Positions 1 through 9,529 of a stretch of 64,000 nt of DNA are shown here, in pieces. The stretch's first letter is position 1; every line of letters begins with the position of its first letter. Source of the stretch: Spirochaetae bacterium HGW-Spirochaetae-1 (lineage in GTDB: Bacteria; Spirochaetota; UBA4802; UBA5550); NCBI GenBank assembly GCA_002839375.1, contig PGXY01000002.1, forward strand, positions 473,037 through 537,036, written 5' to 3'. Position numbers and translations under genes: made by a program. A model generated the notes under the pieces. It saw only the letters and a list, made by a program, of their open reading frames with translations. It searched no databases and had not been told where the DNA came from.

Positions 1-468
1 AGTTCCATAGACAAAATCAACAGTTAAAGCATAATTGTCTTTATCTGCGGGATCAGCATCGATGGAACGTGCATTGTATGTCGTAGATGACCAGTACACA
101 CTTGATATTGGAGAGCCAGGGCTAATATCTACACCTGGAAATATATTCTCATCGATTAGAGGGTATGTTGATCTGTACACAGCTAATATACTATGTAACT
201 CTCGTATATTAGGTAGGCGCCATTCATATTTGTTATTATCATAGTTAAGATTTTCACATATGTCCAAAGCATCTTCCCATAAAAATTTTCCCGATGATGC
301 TGAACATTCATATGTTGTATCAACTTTACCATCAGCAGTCAATGAACACCGTGTCCATACAAGATTGGTAATTGGATCAGTATATGTTATATAATCATTA
401 TTGCAATAGCTAAGAGTCAATACTGTTAGCATCATAAATGCTGCAGAGATTGCTTTTTTTATTTTCAT
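1..468 (-). CDS. DUF1566 (Lcl C-terminal domain) family putative lipoprotein, 3' end truncated by window edge
   Basis: Manual minus-strand translation from the ATG at 468-466 gives MKIKKAISAAFMMLTVLTLSYC..., i.e. signal peptide plus Cys. Downstream are the motifs LVWTRCS and EWRLPNIRELHSI typical of DUF1566. It runs off the window start, which is why it is absent from the ORF track. The plus ORF 35-244 is its antisense shadow. Confidence 0.6.
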   Translation of the reverse strand, partial: MKIKKAISAAFMMLTVLTLSYCNNDYITYTDPITNLVWTRCSLTADGKVDTTYECSASSGKFLWEDALDICENLNYDNNKYEWRLPNIRELHSILAVYRSTYPLIDENIFPGVDISPGSPISSVYWSSTTYNARSIDADPADKDNYALTVDFVYGT

Positions 469-493
469 GCTTTTGTATTAGTTCTATCTTATC

Positions 494-1270
494 TTATTGG
501 TTTCTGACACAGCGCACGAAACCATATTCGTAGTCAAAGGTATTTGAGTTTGCGACGCCATTATAGAAATTAATGGTTCTTGCATAATCACTGGAGAAAA
601 TTAAAGACGATGTCCAATATTTTTTTATATCAGTTGAGAAAGCAAGCACAAACAATTCTGTTAAGGAATTTGCAAATCCTCCAATATCCTTGTAAATAGT
701 GTTTGGAAAGAATGTTTCGTTAATTGCCGCCTCGTTTGATTCGGTATTCCCAAAATATGTAATTGAAAATAATTCATGGGAAGTAGGTAACCGCCAATCA
801 TCATAACCTGCGAAAATTAGATTTTCACAGGAGCTCTTGGCATTAGTCCATGTATATGCTCCTTCATTCGGGGGAGTCCCTGAATGATCAATACCGCTGC
901 AGTCAGCACTTGAATCAATTACGCCACCTGAATCCATTGAACATTTGGTCCACATGAGACTTGTAATGTTATCAACTACGACATCATCCCCTCCTAGAGT
1001 TTGGGATGTATATGACATGGCTGGAAGATTTAAGTAATCACTATCTTCACCGAAGTGATTGGTATTACTGTCAACTTGCCCGGTATCAGTAATGGGGAAG
1101 TATATTTTGTGTATTTGTTCTAAACCATTATAATCGACATAATTATTTTCTTCATTAATTGTATCAATCATGTCATCATCAAAGCAAGCCGATACCGTCG
1201 TGGTCAAAGTGATCAGACAGATAAGAACTATCAATCCAGGAAAATGCTGAGGTAAATTCTTTATAGTCAT
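494..1270 (-). CDS. DUF1566 (Lcl C-terminal domain) family lipoprotein
   Basis: ORF 494-1306. The first ATG at 1270 gives MTIKNLPQHFPGLIVLICLITLTTTVSAC with lipobox VSAC. Motifs LMWTKCSMD and GYDDWRLPTSHELFSI are the DUF1566 hallmark. It is a tandem paralogue of the preceding gene. Confidence 0.7.
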   Translation of the reverse strand: MTIKNLPQHFPGLIVLICLITLTTTVSACFDDDMIDTINEENNYVDYNGLEQIHKIYFPITDTGQVDSNTNHFGEDSDYLNLPAMSYTSQTLGGDDVVVDNITSLMWTKCSMDSGGVIDSSADCSGIDHSGTPPNEGAYTWTNAKSSCENLIFAGYDDWRLPTSHELFSITYFGNTESNEAAINETFFPNTIYKDIGGFANSLTELFVLAFSTDIKKYWTSSLIFSSDYARTINFYNGVANSNTFDYEYGFVRCVRNQ

Positions 1271-1625
1271 ACCCTGTTTTTTATAATCGATTAAATAATG
1301 CAGCAACTTGATTTCAATCTAAGTTTGTTATAATAGAATTGCATATTACGAATATTCTGTGTCTTTCATTAAAATATAAATAATTTTGAACCGCCCGGCA
1401 AGGTTTATTTGAACAATTTATAAAAAAATGTCGGTTATGCTCTCTAATCGAGTCTTATGTCACGCAATGTTTATGTATATAGTGAACAAAGTTAATTTTA
1501 TTGTAAAGAACAAATCAATCTCTGATTAATCAGGAATTGCACTTGTATTGTTAAGACCTGCATGGTACTTTAAATGCAAACCGTCCGGAAGGACGGATAA
1601 TCACCTTCTTACAGGATATCCGTCA

Positions 1626-3773
1626 ATGAAAAAATCATCGGGGAACCTCTCGCATAAGAAAAGAAAATTAGTCATTGCTCTTATTATTCTTACCGCGGCA
1701 ATGTCAGCAACCTGTTATGAGAATGAAGACGTGACACCACGGATGACACAGAATTCTTCCGATGGCGGTGTCTCGGGAGAAGACGGTATTTACCTTGTTG
1801 GATCCGGCATATATGATATAACCGGTCCGGCTGCGGAAGTGGGGATGATGGGATTTGCCGTCATGGAGCAGAAGACCTCGGGCATACATATGAGGCTGCG
1901 GTCCCGTGCCTTTATCATAGGCGACGGAAATAAGCGCGTGGTTTTTGTCAGCACCGATACGGGCATGATGTTCCAGGCCGTAAAAATGAAAGTAGCGGAG
2001 AAATTGCAGAGCGATCCGGAACTGGGGAAGTATTATGATGAATCCAATGTATGCCTCTCGGCCATCCATACTCACAGCGGCCCCGGAGGGTATTCCCATT
2101 ACTTCATGTATAATGTCACCATACTTGGCTTCATAGAAGATAATTTCAATGTCATAGTCGAGGGGATTTATGAATCGATAAAACGAGCCCACAATAATCT
2201 CCAACCGGGAAAAATTCTCATCAACACAGGCACACTGGACAACTGCGGATGGCAGCGGTCTGACTTCGCTTATCAAAATAATCCCCAAAATGAAAGAGAC
2301 CTGTATAAAAGCAACACGGACACCAGTTTCACTCTCCTGAAACTGGTTACGCTTGAAGGCGAGGAAGTGGGGATGATTAACTGGTTTGCCGTGCATCCCA
2401 CCAATATAGGACCGGAAAATACCCTTATCAGCGGTGATAACAAGGGCTACGCCTCCTACCTCTTCGAAAGGGACAAGGGAACGGATTACCAGGCTGAAAG
2501 GACTTTCGTCGCAGCTTTTGCCCAGGCCAATGCCGGAGATATATCGCCCAACGTTCCTTACGGCCCGGCCCCCGACAGTATCGATTTTAAAACAAACACC
2601 GGGCTGCATGAGGTCACCATGCGTCAATATGAGAAGGCTGTGGCACTATACAATGGCGCAGCGGAGTATGTGAAGGGAAGCGTGGATTTCAGGCATGAGT
2701 ATAAAGATATGAGAACACTTTTCGTTGAAGAAAAAAACTGTGTTACCTGCGCAGCGGCAATGGGAGCCTCTTTTGCATCGGGCAGTCCCAGCGATAATCC
2801 GAGCCCGGCACCTCTTTTCCCTCCCGGTGTAACGCGCGACAGCATTGACTGGACTGAAGACGCAAAAACTGCATTCCTGGCGGAATTTTTCCCGGCTGTG
2901 CTGGGGATAATATGGCCCGACACCCTGGATGAGGCATATGTGGAATGTCATGAAGAGAAACCCATTCTTATTCCCACGGGGATCATGGCATTGAACCTGA
3001 AAAATATCCCCATGACTCCCCAGATCATGCCCGTGCAGGTTCTGAAAGTGGGAAGTCTTATTATTGCTGCGCAGCCCACGGAAGTAACAACCATGGCGGG
3101 GCGGCGGCTGAAATTCTCCGTTCTCGATGAAATGAAGGGAAGCGGTGTGAAATATGCCGTTGTGGCCGGTCTGGCCAATTCGTATGCATCATACATGGCA
3201 ACAAGGGAGGAGTATGCAATGCAATCTTATGCAGGAGCATGCACACAGTTCGGTCCCAATGAACTGGCGGCATTCCAGCAGGAATTCCGCAGACTCTGCG
3301 CTGCCATGAAAAAAGGTGAAAAAGTTGAGAAGGTTATTACTCCGCCAGATCTTTCCGGAGAGCAGCATAATTTTCTTCCCGGCGTTGTCTTCGATGATAA
3401 GCCTGTGGATGTTGAATACGGTGACACCGTAGTCGAGCCGGCCGCCGAATACAATATCGGCGATACGGTTGAGGCCGTGTTCTGGGGAGGGCATCTTCGT
3501 AATAATCCCATGATCCAAAAAACGTTTCTTGAAATAGTAAAAGTTGACGAACAGGGGAATGATCTGGCTGTCGTAGCCAGGGACTGGAATCCTGAAACGG
3601 AACTTCGATGGAAGAGGGACGGTATTGCCTACTCGAAAATTACCATTCGCTGGAGAACTGAAAATGCCTCGAGGGGGATGTATGTCATCCGGCATTACGG
3701 TTATGAAAAATCCGGTTGGACCGGTCGGATAAGCCCTTATGAAGGAGAAACGAAGCCGTTTACTTTACAGTGA
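1626..3773 (+). CDS. neutral/alkaline ceramidase (N-acylsphingosine amidohydrolase) with lipoprotein-like signal
   Basis: 741-aa ORF. The HTHSGPGGY motif and GIHMRLRSRAFIIGD region match the neutral ceramidase family, and the C-terminal domain is present. The likely start is the internal ATG at 1626 (MKKSSGN...LTAAMSATC, signal plus Cys). Confidence 0.8.
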   Translation: MKKSSGNLSHKKRKLVIALIILTAAMSATCYENEDVTPRMTQNSSDGGVSGEDGIYLVGSGIYDITGPAAEVGMMGFAVMEQKTSGIHMRLRSRAFIIGDGNKRVVFVSTDTGMMFQAVKMKVAEKLQSDPELGKYYDESNVCLSAIHTHSGPGGYSHYFMYNVTILGFIEDNFNVIVEGIYESIKRAHNNLQPGKILINTGTLDNCGWQRSDFAYQNNPQNERDLYKSNTDTSFTLLKLVTLEGEEVGMINWFAVHPTNIGPENTLISGDNKGYASYLFERDKGTDYQAERTFVAAFAQANAGDISPNVPYGPAPDSIDFKTNTGLHEVTMRQYEKAVALYNGAAEYVKGSVDFRHEYKDMRTLFVEEKNCVTCAAAMGASFASGSPSDNPSPAPLFPPGVTRDSIDWTEDAKTAFLAEFFPAVLGIIWPDTLDEAYVECHEEKPILIPTGIMALNLKNIPMTPQIMPVQVLKVGSLIIAAQPTEVTTMAGRRLKFSVLDEMKGSGVKYAVVAGLANSYASYMATREEYAMQSYAGACTQFGPNELAAFQQEFRRLCAAMKKGEKVEKVITPPDLSGEQHNFLPGVVFDDKPVDVEYGDTVVEPAAEYNIGDTVEAVFWGGHLRNNPMIQKTFLEIVKVDEQGNDLAVVARDWNPETELRWKRDGIAYSKITIRWRTENASRGMYVIRHYGYEKSGWTGRISPYEGETKPFTLQ

Positions 3774-3792
3774 ATAAATGGTTTTGACATTT

Positions 3793-3856
3793 GTAGTGGC
3801 GTATATTCAGTAGGGGGCGGTTAATAAACCGCCCCCTACTGAATATACGCCACTAC
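3793..3856. repeat. perfect 30-bp inverted repeat with 4-nt loop (gtagtggcgtatattcagtagggggcggtt / aaccgccccctactgaatatacgccactac); probable bidirectional terminator between convergent genes
   Basis: Read directly from the sequence. The arms are exact reverse complements. It sits in the 94-nt gap between the ceramidase stop at 3773 and the HU stop at 3868. Confidence 0.6.
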
Positions 3857-3867
3857 TGTTATATATG

Positions 3868-4254
3868 TCAGTCTTTTTTCATTTTTGCTTTCAAAACTTC
3901 TTCTTTGAAATTTTTGTTGAAAGAAAATTTAGGAACCTTGGTTGCTTTCTTGGCGGAGATTTTTATTTCTTCACCGGTGGCGGGGTTCCTGCCGATACGG
4001 GCCTTTGTCGCCGGTCTTACTCGTACATGCAGTTTGCCGATGGTTCCAACCGGTACGCGCTCACCGGACATGACACCGGCATTGATCACATCGTAAAGGG
4101 AGTCGAGTATTTCCTTGGCCTGCTTTTTGGGCAGCTCGTGCTTTTCGGCAATGTAGCTGGAAATAGCTGTTGCGGTAAATTTTTCAGGATATTTCACCTT
4201 CGCTTTCTGCGTTGCCTTGGCAGCGACTTTTTTTTCGGTTTTCTTTGTAGCCAT
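3868..4254 (-). CDS. HU/IHF-family histone-like DNA-binding protein with lysine-rich N-terminal extension
   Basis: 128 aa. The C-terminal 90 aa carry HU signatures (GRNPATGEEIKI, arm region). The N-terminus is a K/A-rich tail (MATKKTEKKVAAKATQKAKVK). Confidence 0.8.
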   Translation of the reverse strand: MATKKTEKKVAAKATQKAKVKYPEKFTATAISSYIAEKHELPKKQAKEILDSLYDVINAGVMSGERVPVGTIGKLHVRVRPATKARIGRNPATGEEIKISAKKATKVPKFSFNKNFKEEVLKAKMKKD

Positions 4255-4355
4255 AATTACTCCTAATTAATTTCACTTGGTATTAAATAATAACTACTTT
4301 GCCATCATAAGAAAGAAATCTGTCAATATAATTTTAATAAAATCGCGGAATATTC

Positions 4356-4385
4356 AAAAAAACCCTGTATTTTGTGGGTTTTTTT
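4356..4385 (-). terminator. rho-independent terminator-like hairpin (aaaaaaaccc ... gggttttttt) downstream of plsB
   Basis: Stem with flanking A/T runs. It lies 55 nt past the plsB stop on the minus strand and is symmetric, so it could act in both directions. Confidence 0.5.
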
Positions 4386-4440
4386 GAATATTCATCCATG
4401 AGAGCGGTATGGAGTGCCGCAATGAGTGCCGTTGTTCCAA

Positions 4441-7182
4441 TCAGTGGACTTTATCTGAAAGATGCGTGTTTCTCTCATTTATCTGCTTGTTGGGGATGAT
4501 GTCAGCTCTTTTTTTCAGAAGATGTATGTTAAGGGTAAGAAGGTATTCGTGGATCATAGAGTGTATTCCTGCCAGATTTGACGGCTCCACAACCTTCAGT
4601 ATTTTTTCTTTTTTCCCCGACGATGTTTCAATAAGCATTTTACTTTTTATCAGATAATTCAACGCATTGCTGTAGTTTGCTATGGATAGAGATTCGGGAA
4701 GTTTAATCTCCTCCATGTGATACATCTGAACGCCCTTTTTACGTATAAGGTTTATGAGCTCCTTCTTTTCAGTCTTTGATGAAAGCGGGAGCAGGGTTGA
4801 AAAGGCAATGTAATATGATTCAAGATAATCCTGGATGATGGAGGCGTTGTTGCGAAGTTCAACGAATTTATTATCATGTATCTTCACCTCATCACCTTGC
4901 ATGGAAATCATCTTTTCATTCTGGAGAAATTGCAATGAGTTTCTGAATACTAATCCGGCATCTTCATCACCACGGTTAATAAACTCCATGGAAAAGAGTG
5001 ACCGGAGAGAGAGGAATATTTTTTCAATATCTCCAGCGGGAACTGATTCCCTTTCGCTGCACATAAGAACTGCCAGTGATGCATACGATAACGGGTACAG
5101 GTGATTGATTATTGTGTTTTTGTAAAAGTTAATTTTTGGTCTGTCCTCTTCATCGAGAAGATAAATATTTTCCATACTGTTCTTATCCGGCGTATTGCGG
5201 TCATCCCTGATATCGCTGATGATCCCGTCATTCATGAACTTATCAAGTATAGAATCCAGCTGTGCCGCTATGCTGTCCTGAGTTTGCAATTCTTTTGCCA
5301 GAGGAGCCTTGATTTCTGAAAAATATTGAACAAGATGAGTTATCCTGCCCAGCAGTGCTTCCTTCTGAAAACCCCGGCCAGGAGAGGAGAGCAGGGCCGT
5401 TGACACAATGGGAACGGGCATCGCCATGGCTATCTCGCTGATTTTCACCATGAGGTGATCGGCGATTTCACTAACGTCCTCTCCTGTTGTATCGTATTGT
5501 TTTTTAAGATCGCTATAATAAATGGGATCGTTGAATGAAAGATATACCTTTCCGTAATTTCTTTTCAGGAGGCCACGGCTTTTAACAAAATTGGAGGTTG
5601 ATTCGGATTTTTTTTCCTTTCCCTTGAGTTCCTTATGGTACGAATTTTCTTCAAGAATGCGGTTGTAATTTATTGTGGTGGGAACAAAAACCATGTCGCT
5701 GGCGTATCCCTCTTCGATGGCCTCTATCATGTATTTGAGTATTCCCATCTTGGGAGTGAGCAGCTTGCCTGAGCGGGTCCTTCCGCCCTCAGCGAAGAAT
5801 TCAATACTGTATCCTTCGCTGACAAGGGTCTTTATATACTGCTTAAGTATGGTTGTGTAGAGCTTCATGCCCTTGAAGGAACGGCGCATAAAAAAGGCCC
5901 CGGATTTGCGGAAGATGAGACCCATGGGGAAAAAAGTCAGGTTTGCACCTGCCACGATATGCGGGGGGATCATCTTTTCCCTGTAGAATATGCTGGATAC
6001 AATGAGATAGTCCATGTGGCTTTTATGGCTCGGGGCTATTACCACAGGACCCTTGCGGGATGCTTCCCTAATTTTTTTTATATCCTCGATGTCATATTCT
6101 ATTCCGTCGAAGATTTTCCTGAATATGAAGCGCAATGTCTTCTCGAAATATTTTATCGTAATGATGGAAAAGTCGGCAGCTATCTCATCAAAATATTTAT
6201 ATGCGTTGCGGCGCAGTTTTTTCTCAGAGAGACCTTCATCTTTCATGAGAAGCTGAATGGTATCAAGCGTATTTGAATGATAGAGAACCTGCTCCATCAT
6301 CTCCTGTCTTGATTTTATGACCGGACCCAGTATCGAACGTTTTTCATAGTCATATGTTTCCAGAAGCCTGCTGCGAATTTCCCGTGTGAGATGTTTTATG
6401 TCATCATGACCGGCAAGTTCAATTTCTTCTTTGAGGTTGATGGGAGAGGCTATCCTGACAAAGGCAGGGGTTATGCTTTTCCACATGGCGAAGAGGCCTG
6501 AGAAGAGACCCCTGTCTCCCGTTGCCCGCATTTCCATGAATGTTCTTTTTGCTTTTGTTTTTTCAGGGTTCCGGTTCCAGAAGATAATCTGGGGAAAAAT
6601 AAAAATCGGTTCTTCAATATTCTTCTGAATGCTGAGAAGATATTCAAGAGTGTCGGGCCTCTCTTTCAGATAGTTGCTGATGAAGAGCTTTTGCGATAGA
6701 AGTGCTATGAGGATGCTGTGGCCGGATTGTACTACATCTTTTATATACTCTTCGTCGGAAATGTGTGTCCTGTCAACATCACTGAAGATATCTTTGATGA
6801 AGAGATATATCCGATTGAAGAGGCCGGTGACCATTTGAAGAAGGTAGGGCGAATTCCCCAGGGCCAGTTCAGGTGTATCAAAGCCGTGGCGTCTCAGGAT
6901 GTTGTTGAGGATCAGTGTGGAAGTGATGGAGCTCTGGAACGAGCCGAATACGACGCGGCCTTTCTTGGAGTATTCTTTCAGAATAGAAAGACCTTCGTTG
7001 CCAAAATCCACTTTTCGGAAGAGCAGGTGGATTATTCTTTCGATGATGATATTTGAGCGCCTGTTAATGATGCCCTGTTGTATAAATGTGGAAACATTCA
7101 TGTCGCTTTTTCTCATTCTTGTACCCTGTTGTTCTCGATTATTTTCACCCGCCTGATGCGGATATTTGTAGCGAACTGACAT
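4441..7182 (-). CDS. plsB: glycerol-3-phosphate O-acyltransferase PlsB
   Basis: 913 aa. The acyltransferase block I VIAPSHKSHMDYL (HX4D), GAFFMRR and FAEGGRTRSGKLL align along the length with E. coli PlsB. The start is uncertain because the N-terminus is about 75 aa longer than E. coli. Confidence 0.85.
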   Translation of the reverse strand: MSVRYKYPHQAGENNREQQGTRMRKSDMNVSTFIQQGIINRRSNIIIERIIHLLFRKVDFGNEGLSILKEYSKKGRVVFGSFQSSITSTLILNNILRRHGFDTPELALGNSPYLLQMVTGLFNRIYLFIKDIFSDVDRTHISDEEYIKDVVQSGHSILIALLSQKLFISNYLKERPDTLEYLLSIQKNIEEPIFIFPQIIFWNRNPEKTKAKRTFMEMRATGDRGLFSGLFAMWKSITPAFVRIASPINLKEEIELAGHDDIKHLTREIRSRLLETYDYEKRSILGPVIKSRQEMMEQVLYHSNTLDTIQLLMKDEGLSEKKLRRNAYKYFDEIAADFSIITIKYFEKTLRFIFRKIFDGIEYDIEDIKKIREASRKGPVVIAPSHKSHMDYLIVSSIFYREKMIPPHIVAGANLTFFPMGLIFRKSGAFFMRRSFKGMKLYTTILKQYIKTLVSEGYSIEFFAEGGRTRSGKLLTPKMGILKYMIEAIEEGYASDMVFVPTTINYNRILEENSYHKELKGKEKKSESTSNFVKSRGLLKRNYGKVYLSFNDPIYYSDLKKQYDTTGEDVSEIADHLMVKISEIAMAMPVPIVSTALLSSPGRGFQKEALLGRITHLVQYFSEIKAPLAKELQTQDSIAAQLDSILDKFMNDGIISDIRDDRNTPDKNSMENIYLLDEEDRPKINFYKNTIINHLYPLSYASLAVLMCSERESVPAGDIEKIFLSLRSLFSMEFINRGDEDAGLVFRNSLQFLQNEKMISMQGDEVKIHDNKFVELRNNASIIQDYLESYYIAFSTLLPLSSKTEKKELINLIRKKGVQMYHMEEIKLPESLSIANYSNALNYLIKSKMLIETSSGKKEKILKVVEPSNLAGIHSMIHEYLLTLNIHLLKKRADIIPNKQINERNTHLSDKVH

Positions 7183-7223
7183 ATGCCGGCCGTTACCTAT
7201 AAGAAATGTACCGAACGGGTCCG

Positions 7224-8015
7224 TCAGAAACGGAGACCGTCCTGGATGGATTCGCGGGATTTATTTATAAGATCCTGTATTGTATTCTCATCGTAGGCAG
7301 ATGTATCGATTGGTTTGTGTATGGTCATTGTTGCATTGCCGGGGAAGAGAGCCATGGAGCTGGCCGGAAGAATGTCCTTGGTGCCGCTGATAGTAACGGG
7401 AAGCACGGGCAATTGCATGTCCAGGGCGAATTTAAATGCACCCTTTTTAAATTCCGTGAGATTGCCCGTTTTACTCCGGGTCCCCTCGGGGAAAAAAATG
7501 ATGGATGTCCCGCCGGTAATTCTTTTTTTTGCCTCGTTGATGGACGCCAGCGCCGATGCGTGATCGGAACGGTTGATAAAGATGTGACCGGCTTTATAGC
7601 AGTAATAGCCCAGGACCGGCGCCTTGCGAAGTTCTACTTTCATGACCCAGCGGAAGTCAAGGGGAAGCCAGCCGTATATGGCGAAAATATCAAACTGGCT
7701 CTGGTGGTTCGCCACAACCACATAGGACTGATTGGGATCAATATTTTCCTCACCTTTAAGGGTCATTCTCATGGGGGTAATAAAACTGTTGAAGCGGGCC
7801 CAGAGGATACCGCTGATCTGGCCGGCTCTCTCTCCAAAGAGCCAGATAATAGGGACGGCCGCTATAGTGAGGATTATGGTGCTGAGTCCCAGTAACGGTA
7901 AAAAAATGAGCCATTTATATATCTGGTAAACGGCAAATAATGCCTTTATTTCACGCAGTTCTTTTCCGGGAATATATAAATTTTCTTTTGCTTTTTCCAA
8001 ATTACCAAATTTCAT
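7224..8015 (-). CDS. plsC: 1-acyl-sn-glycerol-3-phosphate acyltransferase PlsC-like
   Basis: 263 aa with an N-terminal TM segment. Motifs VANHQSQFD (HX4D) and FPEGTRS are present. There is a good RBS (AAAGAGGA) before the ATG at 8015. Confidence 0.8.
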   Translation of the reverse strand: MKFGNLEKAKENLYIPGKELREIKALFAVYQIYKWLIFLPLLGLSTIILTIAAVPIIWLFGERAGQISGILWARFNSFITPMRMTLKGEENIDPNQSYVVVANHQSQFDIFAIYGWLPLDFRWVMKVELRKAPVLGYYCYKAGHIFINRSDHASALASINEAKKRITGGTSIIFFPEGTRSKTGNLTEFKKGAFKFALDMQLPVLPVTISGTKDILPASSMALFPGNATMTIHKPIDTSAYDENTIQDLINKSRESIQDGLRF

Positions 8016-8076
8016 CAGATCCTCTTTGTTTTAATAAAAAAAAATTTTTTAAAAAAACTATCAAAGTAATTTAAAA

Positions 8077-8094
8077 GGACTGACCAGTCAGTCC
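8077..8094. promoter_or_regulatory. 18-bp palindrome GGACTGAC-CA-GTCAGTCC in divergent plsC / TetR promoter region; candidate TetR-family operator
   Basis: Exact 8-2-8 inverted repeat seen in sequence, 62 bp upstream of the plsC start and 347 bp upstream of the TetR ORF. TetR-family regulators typically bind such palindromes. Confidence 0.4.
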
Positions 8095-8440
8095 GATTAT
8101 TATAGAAGATATATCATAGTCTTACTTTGTCAAGAATAATATTGTCTTTTTAGCATAAATTGGCTTCAGACATATTCTTGTTCTTATAAAGAATTTTTAT
8201 ATCAATCGAATTTAGTTATTGAGCATAAAGAACAGAAAATTAAAAATGTTGACCATCCCCATAATTATTTTTCAAAGTTTCATTATGAGATATGGTTTTC
8301 TTGAAATTGTATCAAAGAAATAAAATAGAATAAGAAAATATGGCGCAATATCAACAATCATTAAACAATTAAGCCATGTGACCGGCATTACCTGATGATA
8401 ATCGTATGATATGCAAAACCGCAGAGCAGAGAGGTAGAAT

Positions 8441-9412
8441 ATGGACAAAGAAATAGAAAGGCAAAAACGTATCGCTTTTTATAGTGAAATCGGGCAGTTT
8501 TTTTCCCCCGATGCTACCTTTAACCGTCACAGCTTTCAGCAGACCCTTGCGGAGACATATGGGAAAATAGAATATGGACAAAATGATGTAGATAATCTGC
8601 CGGGTTCAAAGGCAGCGTGGCTTACGGAATACCTGTCCAGTATTTTTGAGTATCTGCAGGAAAAGGGCATGTCGCATAAATCCATGGATATCTTCAATGC
8701 TGCCCTGGAGGTTTCAGAGTCTCATGGCATAAGCTCAATTTCCATGCCGACAAAATATCTACGACAGATGATTATCAGCTATGAGGAAAAGAAGAGTACC
8801 CGGACCGACAAGAAAATATCCCCCGATGACAAGCGAGATCTTATTTTCAGGGCAGCAGTAAAAATATTTGCAGAAAAGGGCTTTCATAAGGCTACTATGG
8901 ACGAGATTGCCTCCCAGGCAGGAATGGGCAAGGGTTCCATATACCGGCACTTTAAGAGTAAGGAGGAGCTCCTCAGGCAGCTTCTCAATGAGAAGTACGA
9001 GGAAATAATGAAGCGCATTATACAGATTTTCTCCCGTGAACGCGACGTACTTCAGTATATAAAGGAAATGATAGAGGTCTGGATCGATTTCATAGATAAA
9101 AATCACGTAGTCTATCGGTTGATACAGAATGAAAGCATCGGGCTTATCGTCGGTGAAAATACCATGTTTTATGATTACCTCATAACTCATCTGCCAATGT
9201 TCAAAGAAAAAATACTGGCCATGAACAAGGAGAACCGGCTCAAGACCACTAACTTCTACACGGTTTTTTATGGCATACTCGGTTTTATCGACGGCGTTGT
9301 ACAGAAATGGTTTAGAAGGGGGATGAATTACTCCCTTCAGGAGGAAGTTCCTGTCATAATAGAGGTCCTTTTTAATGGATTCGTTGGCGCTTCTTCTTCC
9401 GGGACGAAGTGA
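8441..9412 (+). CDS. TetR/AcrR-family transcriptional regulator with about 125-aa N-terminal extension
   Basis: The TetR HTH IFAEKGFHKATMDEIASQAGMGKGSIYRHFKSKEELL lies at residues 140-175, followed by a ligand-binding-like helical domain. The N-terminal region is non-repetitive protein-like sequence in the same frame. An alternative internal start (MPTKYL...) is possible. Confidence 0.7.
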   Translation: MDKEIERQKRIAFYSEIGQFFSPDATFNRHSFQQTLAETYGKIEYGQNDVDNLPGSKAAWLTEYLSSIFEYLQEKGMSHKSMDIFNAALEVSESHGISSISMPTKYLRQMIISYEEKKSTRTDKKISPDDKRDLIFRAAVKIFAEKGFHKATMDEIASQAGMGKGSIYRHFKSKEELLRQLLNEKYEEIMKRIIQIFSRERDVLQYIKEMIEVWIDFIDKNHVVYRLIQNESIGLIVGENTMFYDYLITHLPMFKEKILAMNKENRLKTTNFYTVFYGILGFIDGVVQKWFRRGMNYSLQEEVPVIIEVLFNGFVGASSSGTK

Positions 9413-9529
9413 TCCCGGGCCGTATAGGGAATTCACGGTGCCTTGGAAAATATGGTTGACGATTGAATCACCCTTTTTTAAATAAAATAATCGGGACGGC
9501 ATGATCGTTATGCGTTATGCTCCAATCAA

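Noticed and set aside
1704-2627. 307-aa minus-strand ORF inside the ceramidase gene
   Set aside because: Entirely antisense to a well-supported ceramidase CDS. Its composition (R/G/H/P-rich) is typical of shadow ORFs in GC-richer coding DNA.
3865-4266. 133-aa plus-strand ORF overlapping the HU gene
   Set aside because: Antisense to the HU-family CDS, which has the unmistakable RNPATGEEIKI arm motif.
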